A stretch of DNA of 64,000 nucleotides from Candidatus Poribacteria bacterium. GTDB lineage: Bacteria > Poribacteria > WGA-4E > UBA9662. Within the stretch, counting starts at the first letter, position 1; each line of letters starts with the position of its first letter. The position numbers and the translations under genes were made by a program. The notes beneath the pieces are model-generated. The model made no database searches and was not told the origin of the DNA. It saw nothing but the letters and a program-made list of their open reading frames with translations. Below are positions 48,958 through 59,605 of this stretch, piece by piece. The stretch spans positions 31,746-95,745 of the forward strand of contig JAYGDX010000073.1 of NCBI GenBank assembly GCA_046582655.1, in the 5' to 3' direction.

Positions 48958-49887
48958 TTGGAATTACTAAAGGACACAGAAATTGATTTTCTCGGAAGAA
49001 GAAACATCGGTTTTATGTTATCTATGGTATTAATCCTTGCTGGCATCATCTCGCTAATTTCTCATGGAGGCCCTCGTTTTGGAATAGATTTTAGTGGGGG
49101 AGTAAAAATTCGCGCCAAATTTGATCAGGTAACTAAAGACCAACTGAAGAGCAAACTAACTGAACTCGGTTATCCCCTAGCATCGATTCAACTCGATCTA
49201 ACGAAAAAAGAAGCTATTATTTCTGTAACTGAAACAAATGTTGAAAAAGGTGATATCAGTGTTGGTCAGACAATAGCCACCGGGTTACTTTCAGCTAATG
49301 ATAGTTCGTTGAAAGTTGTTGCTGGCGGACTTAATATTTCCGAGGTTGGACCAAGTGTTGGAAAAGATTTAGAGTGGGCAGCATTATGGTCAATTTTGAC
49401 TTCAATCTTAATTCTGCTTGCATATATTTCTTTTCGATTTCAGTTTCAATTCGGCGTCGGAGCAATTGTCGCGCTCATTCATGATGTGTTGATTACACTC
49501 GGTATTTTCTCTCTACTAAAAATTGAGATTAATCTTCCAACTGTCGCTGCTTTTTTGACTATTATTGGTTACTCATTGAATGACACGATTGTTGTTTTTG
49601 ATCGAATACGTGAAAATCAGAAGATAATGAAGGGTGCAGACGATCTACACATTTTAAATAAGAGCATCAATCAATCACTCAGTCGAACAGTTATTACATC
49701 ACTGACAACACTAACTGTTGTGTTGCTGATTTATTTCTTCTCAACTGCCGGTGAGGAAATAAATACGTTCGCGCTTGCATTGATTATCGGAGTCCTAATT
49801 GGCACTTATTCATCGATTTTCGTTGCAAGTCCAATAGTTCATATTTGGAAGCAAAAATTTCAAATAAACACACCTCAGACTTCCTAA
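48958..49887 (+). CDS. secF: protein translocase subunit SecF (TTG start)
   Basis: SecF architecture (GIDFSGG, VFDRIREN). Immediately downstream of secD. Confidence 0.85.
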   Translation: MELLKDTEIDFLGRRNIGFMLSMVLILAGIISLISHGGPRFGIDFSGGVKIRAKFDQVTKDQLKSKLTELGYPLASIQLDLTKKEAIISVTETNVEKGDISVGQTIATGLLSANDSSLKVVAGGLNISEVGPSVGKDLEWAALWSILTSILILLAYISFRFQFQFGVGAIVALIHDVLITLGIFSLLKIEINLPTVAAFLTIIGYSLNDTIVVFDRIRENQKIMKGADDLHILNKSINQSLSRTVITSLTTLTVVLLIYFFSTAGEEINTFALALIIGVLIGTYSSIFVASPIVHIWKQKFQINTPQTS

Positions 49888-49888
49888 G

Positions 49889-49907
49889 GTAACGCACGTT
49901 GCGTTTT
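49889..49907 (+). terminator. weak hairpin (ACGCA-CGU-UGCGU) plus UUUU after secF
   Basis: 5-6 bp stem with 3-nt loop followed by a TTTT tract. Weak. Confidence 0.3.
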
Positions 49908-49942
49908 AGTGAATCTGTGTAAACAGCATCCGTGATGTACCC

Positions 49943-50767
49943 ATGGCTCCCGAACTGACATTTACCAGAATTATATCTCTTTTGATTCCGGGATTTACGC
50001 AACTTATTGATCGTCGCCTTCCTAAAGCTATTGACATTATTCTAATCCAAGCCTTTTTGATTTATCCGATATATCATCAGATTGACACATTAAGCGTTAT
50101 TGGATTGATTGCCTTTCCTGTATTGTGGATCTACAGTGCCGTCGATGCCATCAGTACGCACAATTTTCCAATCGCAGCAAAAGATGAAACTGTGTTTTTG
50201 TACAGCCAAATCGTCAGCCTCATTTTGATCTTTGGTATCCTGCTTGAAATTGCGATTCTTCTCACGTTTCTGTTTACTACCTTAAGTTCACAACCAGATC
50301 AACAATTGGCACAAGCCTTTCCTATGAATCAACCGGACCAACCGATTATCAAAAACCCAGAAAAACCGAAAATTGAGAAAATTGAATCGGAATACGAAAA
50401 TCCAGTTGCAGACAATTCGCAACCCGACAAGGTAGCAACAACCTCAGATGTGGATTTGACACAAGCGGAAGAAGAGGAAAACGTTTCCAATGAGTTTAAT
50501 ACCGAGACTAAGAAAGAGAACTTAGGCTACGTTGTAGTAGTCGCTACATTTGATCGTAGACAAAGAGCGGAAAGGCAAAAGCAAGATCTGGCAGAAAATT
50601 CAAACACAGAAATTAAGGAGGTCGGAGAAAAATATCTGGTCATTATCACCGGATTTGATACTATCGATGAGGCACGTGAGGAACAGAAAAAACATTTAAA
50701 AAAATTCACGGATTGCTACATCGCAACATCCAAAAATCCTGCCGTCATAAAATTATCTCCTGATTGA
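49943..50767 (+). CDS. membrane protein with C-terminal SPOR (peptidoglycan-binding) domain
   Basis: N-terminal TM helices. Acidic/Pro linker. C-terminal YVVVVATFDRRQRAE...KYLVIITGFDTIDEA SPOR-like fold pattern. Confidence 0.5.
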   Translation: MAPELTFTRIISLLIPGFTQLIDRRLPKAIDIILIQAFLIYPIYHQIDTLSVIGLIAFPVLWIYSAVDAISTHNFPIAAKDETVFLYSQIVSLILIFGILLEIAILLTFLFTTLSSQPDQQLAQAFPMNQPDQPIIKNPEKPKIEKIESEYENPVADNSQPDKVATTSDVDLTQAEEEENVSNEFNTETKKENLGYVVVVATFDRRQRAERQKQDLAENSNTEIKEVGEKYLVIITGFDTIDEAREEQKKHLKKFTDCYIATSKNPAVIKLSPD

Positions 50768-50771
50768 TACC

Positions 50772-51560
50772 ATGGAAAACATCTTGTGGTTTGCTATGCT
50801 GGGATGTCTTTTTGTAGGAGTGGGAATTGGGATTCTGATTACAAGACGAAGTAAGCAAATTCACAAACAACCTTGGCAAACACAAACAGAGCAGGCGCAA
50901 ATTGGTGTTCTGACCCAAAAGCTAGTTCACGAAATTCGGAACCCACTGAACAGCATTAGCATGAATCTGCAACTTTTAGAAGAGGATTTCTCGCAAAGTC
51001 ATGGAAATGATGTTAATTTAGCCAATAGAATTCATCGTGTTCATACAGAAGTTGACCGGCTTGATTTAATATTAACAAATTTTCGTCGATACACAAAGTT
51101 ACCCCCGCCAAACTTTGAGCTATCCAAACCGATAGAATTAATTGAGGAAGTTCTTGACTTCAACGAGCCAGAAATCCAAAGTCAGAATATTGAGATTAGC
51201 CGTGATATTGAGAATCTGCCACCTGTTGAGCTTGACCCGATCCAATTCAAACAGGTATTTCTTAACTTGATTATCAATGCCAGTCAATCAATGAAAAACG
51301 GCGGGGTATTGACTATTAGAGCTAAAGACTTAACCAATAAACTGCAAATCGAAGTTCAAGACACTGGTGATGGCATTGAGCCAGTTTATATCGATAAAAT
51401 CTTCGATCTTTTCTTCTCAACAAAGGAGGAAGGAACAGGAGTGGGGCTCGCAATTGTAAAGCAAATAGTCGAATCGCACGGTGGTTCCATCAATGTTAAG
51501 AGCCGTCCTGGGCACGGTGCAAATTTTTCAATTCAAATCCCTGTAACCCAAAACACATGA
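50772..51560 (+). CDS. sensor histidine kinase (TM + HisKA + HATPase_c)
   Basis: H-box LVHEIRNPLNSI. G-boxes QDTGDGIE and GTGVGLAIV. Confidence 0.75.
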   Translation: MENILWFAMLGCLFVGVGIGILITRRSKQIHKQPWQTQTEQAQIGVLTQKLVHEIRNPLNSISMNLQLLEEDFSQSHGNDVNLANRIHRVHTEVDRLDLILTNFRRYTKLPPPNFELSKPIELIEEVLDFNEPEIQSQNIEISRDIENLPPVELDPIQFKQVFLNLIINASQSMKNGGVLTIRAKDLTNKLQIEVQDTGDGIEPVYIDKIFDLFFSTKEEGTGVGLAIVKQIVESHGGSINVKSRPGHGANFSIQIPVTQNT

Positions 51561-52936
51561 GCGCAAAAATTCTGGTTGTAGATGATGAAAAATCAAGTGT
51601 AGAAGCAACAGTGGAAGTCCTTGAACGTGAAGGGTATGATCTCTATGCCGCAGCGGGTGGTCGAGAGGCCTTGAAAACACTTGATGAAGAAAGGATTGAC
51701 GTTGTCATCACTGACCTGAAGATGCCAGATCTAAGCGGAATTGAGCTTTTGACCCATATCCGTGATAGAGCGCCAGACACACAGGTCATTATCTTAACTG
51801 GTTATGGAACAGTTGACAGTGCGGTTAAGGCGATGCATGCTGGTGCAATATCGTATCTGCAAAAACCAGTGAATATTGATATTCTCCGTCAAACCGTTCG
51901 AAACGCGTTAGAAAAATGGGCACTCTTCATTCAAAATGTGAACCTGCGCGAGCAACTTGATGATAAGTTTGGATTCGATAACATTATCGGACGTTCAAAG
52001 CCGATGATTGAGCTTTTTCGCCTGACCCGGCAAGTAGCACCAACAAATGCGACAGTACTTATTACAGGCGAAAATGGTGTTGGTAAAGAACTGATTGCTA
52101 AAGCGATACATAATCATAGTCGTCGAACAGATAAGCCATATAAGGTGATTAACTGTGCAGCCCTGACGCCAACGTTGCTTGAAAGTGAGCTTTTTGGGCA
52201 TGAACGGGGCGCATTCACTGGCGCGACAAGCAGAAAATTGGGTATCTTTGAACAGAGTCATAATGGTACACTTGTCCTTGATGAGATTGGTGAAATGGGA
52301 CTTGAAGCCCAAGTTCGATTCCTCCGCGTCTTGGAACAGGGCGAATTTACCAGAGTTGGTGGTGACAAAACAATCACAGTTGATGTTCGCATTATTGCCG
52401 CTACCAATAGAGACCTGGAAGAAGCAGTGACGAACAAGGATTTCCGACCGGACTTGTATCACCGCATCAATAGATTTCGACTGAGAGTGCCACCGCTCCG
52501 TGAAAGGCGAGAGGATATTCCGTTGTTGGTTGACGTCTTCATCAAGGAGTTAAGCCGTGAGCATGTTAAACCAATCTCAGAAATCACGGTTAAAGCAATG
52601 GATTACCTCAAAAAGCAAGATTGGTCAGGCAACATTCGTGAGTTGCGTAATACAATCGAAACCGCCGTTATCCTGACGACGACAGAGTCAATTTCGATTG
52701 AAGATTTTTTTACTGATACTCAGAAGGTACCACAGCAAACAGAAGGTCCGGCTGGAGATTCTGTCGGCACAATTGGTATGACAATGGAAGAAATTGAGAA
52801 AGAGGCAATTCACAAAACTCTTGAGCAAACTAGCGGAAATAAAAAACAGGCAGCTGAAATCTTGGGAATTGGCCTTCGAACACTTTATCGAAAACTTGAG
52901 TCTTACGGTTGGATAAATGCTGAAAGAGAACTGTAA
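51557..52936 (+). CDS. sigma-54-dependent response regulator (NtrC family)
   Basis: REC domain. Walker A GENGVGKE. ERGAFTGA. C-terminal Fis-type HTH. ATGA overlap with the kinase gene. Confidence 0.85.
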   Translation: MSAKILVVDDEKSSVEATVEVLEREGYDLYAAAGGREALKTLDEERIDVVITDLKMPDLSGIELLTHIRDRAPDTQVIILTGYGTVDSAVKAMHAGAISYLQKPVNIDILRQTVRNALEKWALFIQNVNLREQLDDKFGFDNIIGRSKPMIELFRLTRQVAPTNATVLITGENGVGKELIAKAIHNHSRRTDKPYKVINCAALTPTLLESELFGHERGAFTGATSRKLGIFEQSHNGTLVLDEIGEMGLEAQVRFLRVLEQGEFTRVGGDKTITVDVRIIAATNRDLEEAVTNKDFRPDLYHRINRFRLRVPPLRERREDIPLLVDVFIKELSREHVKPISEITVKAMDYLKKQDWSGNIRELRNTIETAVILTTTESISIEDFFTDTQKVPQQTEGPAGDSVGTIGMTMEEIEKEAIHKTLEQTSGNKKQAAEILGIGLRTLYRKLESYGWINAEREL

Positions 52937-52961
52937 ATTGAATAATAAAGGAGAAAAGTAA

Positions 52962-53636
52962 ATGCAATTGAATTTTCAGAAGGTTATTGATCTCTCCTAC
53001 CAAGTAGATGAAAACAGCCCGCGTGAGCTTCCAATCGATCCGGTTAGAATTTACGATACGGCAACGATTGAAAAAGACGGCTACTTTGAAAGTCGTGTAG
53101 ATCTATCTGGTCACTGCGCAACTCATATTGATGTGCCATGCTTGATGTATGCAGATGGTTACACGGTTGCAGAGATTCCAATTGACAAACTCACTGGTGA
53201 AGCGGTCTTGATTGATCTATCCAACAGTAAGCAACCTGGTGACCAAGTAACAGCAGAAGATCTGCAGAATTGGGTTTCTGAAAACGGTGACATTGGTGTA
53301 GAAAGTATCGTCTTTCTTCGAACTGGAATGGACCGCTTGGTTAACGAGGAAATCTTTAACCAAAAGTGGATTGGATATAGCAAAGATGCTGCTGAGTTAC
53401 TTGTAGAAAAGGAAATAAAAGTTGTGGGAACTGATGCATGTAGCATTGATGCGTTAGCCGGCCATCAAGAGGACGGACTGCCTCCGGCTCATCTTGCTTT
53501 TCTCGGAGTGGGAATTCCACAAATCGAAGATCTAAAAAATCTGGGTAATTTGCCTAAACATTTTTATGTTGTTATTGCACCAATGAAGTTAGCCAGAAGT
53601 TCTGCGGCGCCTGCCCGAGTTTTGGCTTTCATCTAG
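52962..53636 (+). CDS. cyclase family protein (kynurenine formamidase-like, PF04199)
   Basis: Cyclase-family motif context (HCATHIDVPC, metal-binding His/Asp pattern). 224 aa. Confidence 0.6.
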   Translation: MQLNFQKVIDLSYQVDENSPRELPIDPVRIYDTATIEKDGYFESRVDLSGHCATHIDVPCLMYADGYTVAEIPIDKLTGEAVLIDLSNSKQPGDQVTAEDLQNWVSENGDIGVESIVFLRTGMDRLVNEEIFNQKWIGYSKDAAELLVEKEIKVVGTDACSIDALAGHQEDGLPPAHLAFLGVGIPQIEDLKNLGNLPKHFYVVIAPMKLARSSAAPARVLAFI

Positions 53637-53653
53637 AAAAAAAAATAGATGAG

Positions 53654-54364
53654 GTGTTAGTTATGAAACCGTTTTTTTTCGTTGTATGGTCGTTATTGAT
53701 ATCAGGTATTTGCGTGGCTGGTATTTGGCGTGATGACTTTGAAGACAAAAATACCAAGGAATGGAAAATATTCAACGAGGATCCAAAAGTCGAGAAATGG
53801 TGGATTGATAGTGGGGAAGCAGTTGGAGAAATCTTCCTTGAAGGCTTTATGAGTCTCTGGACTACAGGAGATTTGGATTGGTTAGACTATTCGATGTCAT
53901 GTCGAGCTAAACTAGGAAAAGAGAAAAATATTTTCGACACCCCATATCTCGGAATGACGATTTTCGATCGGGGCGAAGAAGATACACGCTACCTGTTCTT
54001 CATTGAATACGCCAATGAAAGGGCAACTATTGCCAAAGCAACTCCAGAGAATTGGTCCATCATACCTTTCCCTTTTGTAGCAGAGAAGGATAAATGGTAT
54101 AACCTTCGAGCAACTGTTAACGGCGATCTGCTTGAATTCCAAATTGACGATCAGGTATTCTCAGCCATTGATCCGGACCCACTCGAGTCCGGTCAAGCCG
54201 GCTTAATTGTTTCAGATGCGCAAGCCCGTTTTGATGATGTCGAAATCAGGGGGGATGATATCCGAGATGGTGGGCCGGGCAAACCCCGCCCGGTCGAATT
54301 AAAGCATAAGCTTACAACAACTTGGTCAAAGGTTAAGATTGGCCAACTCAATCGATTTGAGTGA
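53654..54364 (+). CDS. secreted DUF1080 (LamG-like jellyroll, 3-keto-disaccharide hydrolase family) protein
   Basis: Signal peptide. DUF1080-like conserved Trp/Tyr pattern (KWYNLRATVNGDLLEFQIDDQ). Confidence 0.45.
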   Translation: MLVMKPFFFVVWSLLISGICVAGIWRDDFEDKNTKEWKIFNEDPKVEKWWIDSGEAVGEIFLEGFMSLWTTGDLDWLDYSMSCRAKLGKEKNIFDTPYLGMTIFDRGEEDTRYLFFIEYANERATIAKATPENWSIIPFPFVAEKDKWYNLRATVNGDLLEFQIDDQVFSAIDPDPLESGQAGLIVSDAQARFDDVEIRGDDIRDGGPGKPRPVELKHKLTTTWSKVKIGQLNRFE

Positions 54365-54377
54365 TTTCGGTCTTGGT

Positions 54378-55730
54378 CTAGAAATCCAATTTTACACCAA
54401 TTTCGAACGATGTTGTTTTAATTGGTTTGAATGATTTTTCACCGTCATCATCTACCGTTTGCTGGAAGGTATATTGGTGGATAATGCCAAACTCAAGCGG
54501 TATGCCTGCGGAAATGATCTCGTATCCCAATCGCACTGTAAAAGCTGACTTCTCGTCAAGCCGAGCTATATCCTCAAAAAAGTCGGGATCTACTTCTTTC
54601 CCGTCATTATCTATATACTTTTGTCCGATATTTCGTTTGGTGTAGAAAGCACGAAGCGATAGTTTGTCGATTAGCCCGTCCTCAGAAACGCCCAAATACA
54701 TCTTCGGATCGCTATCGCTATAGCCCTCAAAAGTACCAATCAAATTAACCTTAGGAAGTATGTGGGATGTAATTAGTGAGTAAAACCCGTTTATGGAAAC
54801 TCCATCCTTTTTCTCATCTAATCCAAGAAATGTTGGTGCTGACACATCATAATTGTGATCAAATATCGTTGGAAGAAACTTTTCACCGAGAATTCGATAC
54901 TCTAATTTGAAGATTGACTTAAAAGCTGAAAGTCCTATGCCTGTGGAATTTCCTTGTGCCAACTCTGTTTCACCATTTGGCCCAACCTTGGTATTCAAAA
55001 AGACAAGATCGTTATAGAGGTCTACTTGTAAGGTATCACTGCTCACAATCGATATCCCCGCATCAACCCCCATTGCTACAAGTGGGTCTTCATCTGTTTT
55101 GGGATCATTATCCAAATCCAAATCGGGATTTGTATCGGTTAGATATGTACCCCCTAACTCAAAACGACCTAACGGTCGGTAATAAACACGTCCACCCAAA
55201 ACAGAAGGGGATCCCATATCGTTGATGATTGTTTCAATACCGAACTTATTCTGTAACCGCGCGTTTAAACGCAACCCACGCCGATCATGGTTTGAGTAAC
55301 CCGACATGATGAAACCGTGACCGATAGTTACGTAGTCAAAGGCACCGAAATGGGCGTAAAATGGCTCAGCCGGTTGACCATACCGAACGAAACGAAGCGC
55401 ACGCAGATAGTTGCTTAGGCTATTCCACTCTTCACCATTTTCAGCCAATACTTTGAACTCATTTTCACCAGTTTCTTCGTTGGCTACATTGCCAAGAAGG
55501 AGAACCAGGTCAAGCCCTATACCAATTTTTCCAAAGGTGGTTTCCGGCTGCAGTTGCGTACGAAAATACGGCGTTCCATCAATCCACGTAAATCCACCAC
55601 CTGTCAACCCAAGTTGCTCCATTGCCACCATCTGCATGTCTAAACCACCAACTTCTTGTGCCTGTGACAGGCACACACTCACAAACAGTAAAATGACAAA
55701 CAAACTACCAGTCAAGCTTTTAACTCTCAT
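54378..55730 (-). CDS. outer-membrane beta-barrel protein (porin-like)
   Basis: Signal peptide. Alternating amphipathic beta strands. C-terminal ...GVKLDF ending in Phe. Confidence 0.5.
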   Translation of the reverse strand: MRVKSLTGSLFVILLFVSVCLSQAQEVGGLDMQMVAMEQLGLTGGGFTWIDGTPYFRTQLQPETTFGKIGIGLDLVLLLGNVANEETGENEFKVLAENGEEWNSLSNYLRALRFVRYGQPAEPFYAHFGAFDYVTIGHGFIMSGYSNHDRRGLRLNARLQNKFGIETIINDMGSPSVLGGRVYYRPLGRFELGGTYLTDTNPDLDLDNDPKTDEDPLVAMGVDAGISIVSSDTLQVDLYNDLVFLNTKVGPNGETELAQGNSTGIGLSAFKSIFKLEYRILGEKFLPTIFDHNYDVSAPTFLGLDEKKDGVSINGFYSLITSHILPKVNLIGTFEGYSDSDPKMYLGVSEDGLIDKLSLRAFYTKRNIGQKYIDNDGKEVDPDFFEDIARLDEKSAFTVRLGYEIISAGIPLEFGIIHQYTFQQTVDDDGEKSFKPIKTTSFEIGVKLDF

Positions 55731-55750
55731 CGATTTCCCTCTTATAAAAT

Positions 55751-56413
55751 TCAGATAATTTTTCCATCTTTCATGTGTATTACTCGATCAGCATTTTTCC
55801 TTAATTCCTGATAGTGTGTTACGATGGCTATGGTGGTCTGACCATCCTGACGGAGTTCTCGCACTAGCTCCATCAAATTCTGACTCTGTCGACTGTCAAG
55901 GTTGGCCGTGGGTTCATCGGCGAAGATAATCTTGGGTTGATTAGCCAAGGCGCGTGCAAAAGAAACCCTCTGTTTTTCACCACCTGATAGTTGCCCAGGA
56001 CGGTGGCTTAAGCGATGTTCCAGACCAACACGTGTGAGCAAATTTTTAGCCCGTTTTTCTGCTTCGAAACCTCTGGTATTTGATATATCCATGGCAAGCA
56101 TCACGTTTTCTAATGCTGTCAAGTAGGGTATGAGATTGAACAATTGAAATACAAATCCAACATCTCTACGGCGAATTAACGATAGATCGTCATTTTCATA
56201 GTCAACTAATTTTTGATTGATGCGAAGTTCCCCTTCGTCAGGGGTCAGAATACAACCGAGAAGACTGATCAAGGTGGTTTTGCCGCATCCGCTATCTCCC
56301 ATGATCATGACAAGCTCACCCATCTTAATACTAATATCAACTTGGTTGACAGCTACAATTTCTGCGGCTGATTGACCGAATTTTTTGGTTAAGCCTTTGG
56401 CTTCAATAATCAT
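55751..56413 (-). CDS. ABC transporter ATP-binding protein (MacB/LolD/FtsE-like)
   Basis: Walker A GDSGCGKTT, signature LSGGEKQRV and Walker B IIFADEPT. Confidence 0.85.
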   Translation of the reverse strand: MIIEAKGLTKKFGQSAAEIVAVNQVDISIKMGELVMIMGDSGCGKTTLISLLGCILTPDEGELRINQKLVDYENDDLSLIRRRDVGFVFQLFNLIPYLTALENVMLAMDISNTRGFEAEKRAKNLLTRVGLEHRLSHRPGQLSGGEKQRVSFARALANQPKIIFADEPTANLDSRQSQNLMELVRELRQDGQTTIAIVTHYQELRKNADRVIHMKDGKII

Positions 56414-57543
56414 CAGATCTCTCCTCTGAACGCAACCATTGGGTCAACGAGGGTTGCCCGAAGCCCTGCGCCAATCCCTCCAGCGCAACAAACCACGAAA
56501 CTGATGGCTGATACCACAACCGATTCAACAGGATCTATTCTTACGAAGATTGGTGCGAATAGTGCGAAAAGATAGGATAGGATCAGTCCAAAGACAACAC
56601 CGATGACAGAGGTAAGCGCGACTTGCTTTAAGATCAGTAACATCACATAATGATTAGATGCTCCAATTGCTTTCAAAATACCGATTTCCTGTGTTTTCTC
56701 AAGTGTGGTTACGTAAGTAATCATTGTTACCAGAACAAGAGCCGTAAACCAGAGCATAACTTCCAGGAACATGACTGCTTTCATCGGTTCATCAACGTAG
56801 GTATCAATAATGTCAGCGAGTGTTTGGTCAAGTGTTCGTACTTCAATTAAACCTTGCTGATCTAGATCTGTAGCAATTTCTGATACGTTGTGGTTGTCCT
56901 TGCTTTTGGCAATCATCATATTGACGTGCAGATAATTATCAAGTAACACATCTTGGGCTGTTCGGATATCCATAAAAAGAAGTGGTGTGTCAAGAACGAA
57001 CATTAGACTTTTTGTTTTACCAACAACTTTTAGCTCTTTCCCGCCAATCATGATTCTTTCACCGATAGTGAGATCCATCTTTTCGTCGACGACAACTTCT
57101 GCTAGCGGGAGATCTTGTGGCCGATAATCCTCAAATTCGCTTGGTGTGAACATTCTGCCTACAATTGCGTGGCGAGGTCCACCAAGTTTGTCGCGTTTAT
57201 AACCGACAACAATGGCTTTTTGGGCCTTTCCTCTGATGATTGGTCGCGCTTGGGCAAAAACGAGAGGAGACACAGAATTGGCCGCCAGTCTTTTGTCATG
57301 TCTGAGGAAAGCAAGGTATTCCGGTACCAGAAGGGAAAAACCAATAAATGCACCTCCTGATCCTTTAGCAGAAATCCAAATGTCTGCGCCAGTTGAGTCC
57401 ACATATTGACGGGCCTGAATCTTCATCCCATTCATAATACCGCCTAAGAATAGGATGAGCGCAATCAAGAGGGTGATACCAATTATCGTCAAGACAACTC
57501 GTGCTTGACGATATGCCATATCTTTGAGGAAGATTTTACTCAT
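56413..57543 (-). CDS. ABC transporter permease, FtsX/MacB-type with periplasmic domain
   Basis: N-terminal TM, periplasmic MacB_PCD-like domain and C-terminal FtsX 3-TM block. 1-nt overlap with the ATPase gene. Confidence 0.8.
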   Translation of the reverse strand: MSKIFLKDMAYRQARVVLTIIGITLLIALILFLGGIMNGMKIQARQYVDSTGADIWISAKGSGGAFIGFSLLVPEYLAFLRHDKRLAANSVSPLVFAQARPIIRGKAQKAIVVGYKRDKLGGPRHAIVGRMFTPSEFEDYRPQDLPLAEVVVDEKMDLTIGERIMIGGKELKVVGKTKSLMFVLDTPLLFMDIRTAQDVLLDNYLHVNMMIAKSKDNHNVSEIATDLDQQGLIEVRTLDQTLADIIDTYVDEPMKAVMFLEVMLWFTALVLVTMITYVTTLEKTQEIGILKAIGASNHYVMLLILKQVALTSVIGVVFGLILSYLFALFAPIFVRIDPVESVVVSAISFVVCCAGGIGAGLRATLVDPMVAFRGEI

Positions 57544-57610
57544 TCTGGCTAACAGGACAGATTTTTATTTAAAGACTGGGAGCCTTTAGTAAACGAATCA
57601 GCAAATATCT

Positions 57611-58396
57611 CTATTGGCCTTCACTATCAGCTTTTCGTTGCCCGCTGTTTTCTTTTGGTGATTCAGTCTCGTCTTTCTCGAATTTCTCAAGATCTATTTG
57701 ATGTCTGAACCGGGGCTCACGAAGATAATCAATTGTAAATTTTCGGACAGATAAAATGGGATACGAGCCGTCAAACCCCGCGATTTCCCCGCGAATCCGG
57801 ACTATGTGTTCGCCTTTTCCCGCTTCCATTCGCAACAAATCAAACTGGTCATTATCACTGAAAACGAACTTCTGTTCAAATAATCCTGGGGTGACCAGCG
57901 CATGATTAACAGCAGAGGTCTCTCCACGCCAGTTGCGCCAGAACGGAACATTTCGAATGTAACTGCGAGACCAACCAGCATGTGCAAACATAACTCCAGA
58001 TACAGTTGCATTAGACTTGACAACGTAATTTTTGCTGATGGCACCAATACCACGAAAACGGTGGTCGTTTAATTGGCGTATGATGCGATGGACATGAACG
58101 TATCGCCCTTTTTTGGGAGTAATTTCAACAAGCGTAGTATGATGGCTTTTTCGACCATGAACATCGATGAAATCACGAAAATTCACGTTTTCCGGTTCAA
58201 CATAGGGACGAAGTAATCGGCGGATTTGTAAGGCATCAGCATTACTGACGTGACTAAAAATTTGAACTTCAATCTTTTCTACTGGATTCGGTTCTGTTTC
58301 TGCGGAATCTAGTTCCGCTGATGTTGATACGGGCAAAAACAATATTCCGATAAAAGCTGCCATCCAAATATAAATCGGAAACCTTTGTGAAAACAT
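57611..58396 (-). CDS. secreted hypothetical protein (signal peptide), first gene of the ABC exporter operon
   Basis: Signal peptide MAAFIGILFLPVSTSA. No recognisable domain. Confidence 0.4.
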   Translation of the reverse strand: MFSQRFPIYIWMAAFIGILFLPVSTSAELDSAETEPNPVEKIEVQIFSHVSNADALQIRRLLRPYVEPENVNFRDFIDVHGRKSHHTTLVEITPKKGRYVHVHRIIRQLNDHRFRGIGAISKNYVVKSNATVSGVMFAHAGWSRSYIRNVPFWRNWRGETSAVNHALVTPGLFEQKFVFSDNDQFDLLRMEAGKGEHIVRIRGEIAGFDGSYPILSVRKFTIDYLREPRFRHQIDLEKFEKDETESPKENSGQRKADSEGQ

Positions 58397-58570
58397 TTTT
58401 TATCTCCTGCTTTGATCGTAAGTTAACAGAAAGAATAAACCTCCAACAAATCAACCTGAAATTCAAATCGCATATTAACCAACACGGATGTAATTATACC
58501 TCAGATACGCTTTGGATTCAACTTTTGCCAGTGAGCGTGGTTATGTTATAATCCCAGATTATCATTAAAT

Positions 58571-59596
58571 TTGTGGGACGGTATTTGGATGGAGAATTTT
58601 GGAATTGGTCTAGTTGGTGCTGGCGGCATGGGCAGAAGTTTGGTGCTGGAAGCCAACCAAATTGAAGGTGTTGAAATTATATTTGTGAGTGATCTTAATG
58701 AAAACAGGGCAAAGAGTTTGGCAGAGGAAGTCAATGCATCTTATACACTTGATTATCATAGATTGCTTAGTGATGACCGGATTCATGCTGTATTTGTCGC
58801 CTCTCCACCATTCTTGCACGCACCCATATCAATTGATGCCATGAATTCAGGTAAGCACGTCTTTTGCGAAAAACCGATGGCGACTACGCTTACAGACTGC
58901 GATGCCATGATCAAAACCGCAGAACAAAGGCAAGTGAGCTTGGGTATCGGTTTGGTTTGCAGATTTCACGCAACTCACTCAAAAGTGAGGGATGTTGTTG
59001 TAAGTGGACAGATGGGAAAGCCAATTAGCATACACGTGCATCGTATTGGTGGACCATGGCAAGGTGGTAGCTATCATACCGATTGGCGGATGCAACGCGA
59101 AAAATGCGGTGGATTTTTGATGGAGGTTAACGCACACGAACTCGACTTTATGCGTTGGACATGCGGGGAGGTCAAGAAAGTTTATGCCGCTGGAGGCATC
59201 TATATCCAGCACGAAGCAGACTATGCCGATCTTGTCGTCGCTTCTCTGAATTTCGAAAGTGGCGCCATTGGCCTCCTACACTCCGGTCAGGTTTCAGCTA
59301 TCGGGGGTTATGGCGGACGTGTTGATTGTGAGAAGGGATCTGTTTTTTTCCCGCAGATCTGGGATGGGGATTCGAAGATTCAAATTAAGAGATTTGATGG
59401 AAGCAGCGAAGATATCCCTATTTCCTCAATTGAAGTGGAAAGTCCAGTACGAGCTGAAATACGTGCATTCATTGATGCTGTCGTCAATGGAACACCACCA
59501 CCAGTCACTGGTGCCGATGGCCGAGCGGCCACAGAAATTGCGCTGGCCGCATACGAATCTATTGAAACCGGGGATCCTGTTAATCTGCCGATGTGA
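58571..59596 (+). CDS. Gfo/Idh/MocA family oxidoreductase
   Basis: GIGLVGAGGMG Rossmann and CEKPMA motif. Start may be Met 58589. Confidence 0.75.
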   Translation: MWDGIWMENFGIGLVGAGGMGRSLVLEANQIEGVEIIFVSDLNENRAKSLAEEVNASYTLDYHRLLSDDRIHAVFVASPPFLHAPISIDAMNSGKHVFCEKPMATTLTDCDAMIKTAEQRQVSLGIGLVCRFHATHSKVRDVVVSGQMGKPISIHVHRIGGPWQGGSYHTDWRMQREKCGGFLMEVNAHELDFMRWTCGEVKKVYAAGGIYIQHEADYADLVVASLNFESGAIGLLHSGQVSAIGGYGGRVDCEKGSVFFPQIWDGDSKIQIKRFDGSSEDIPISSIEVESPVRAEIRAFIDAVVNGTPPPVTGADGRAATEIALAAYESIETGDPVNLPM

Positions 59597-59605
59597 TCTG
59601 TCTCA

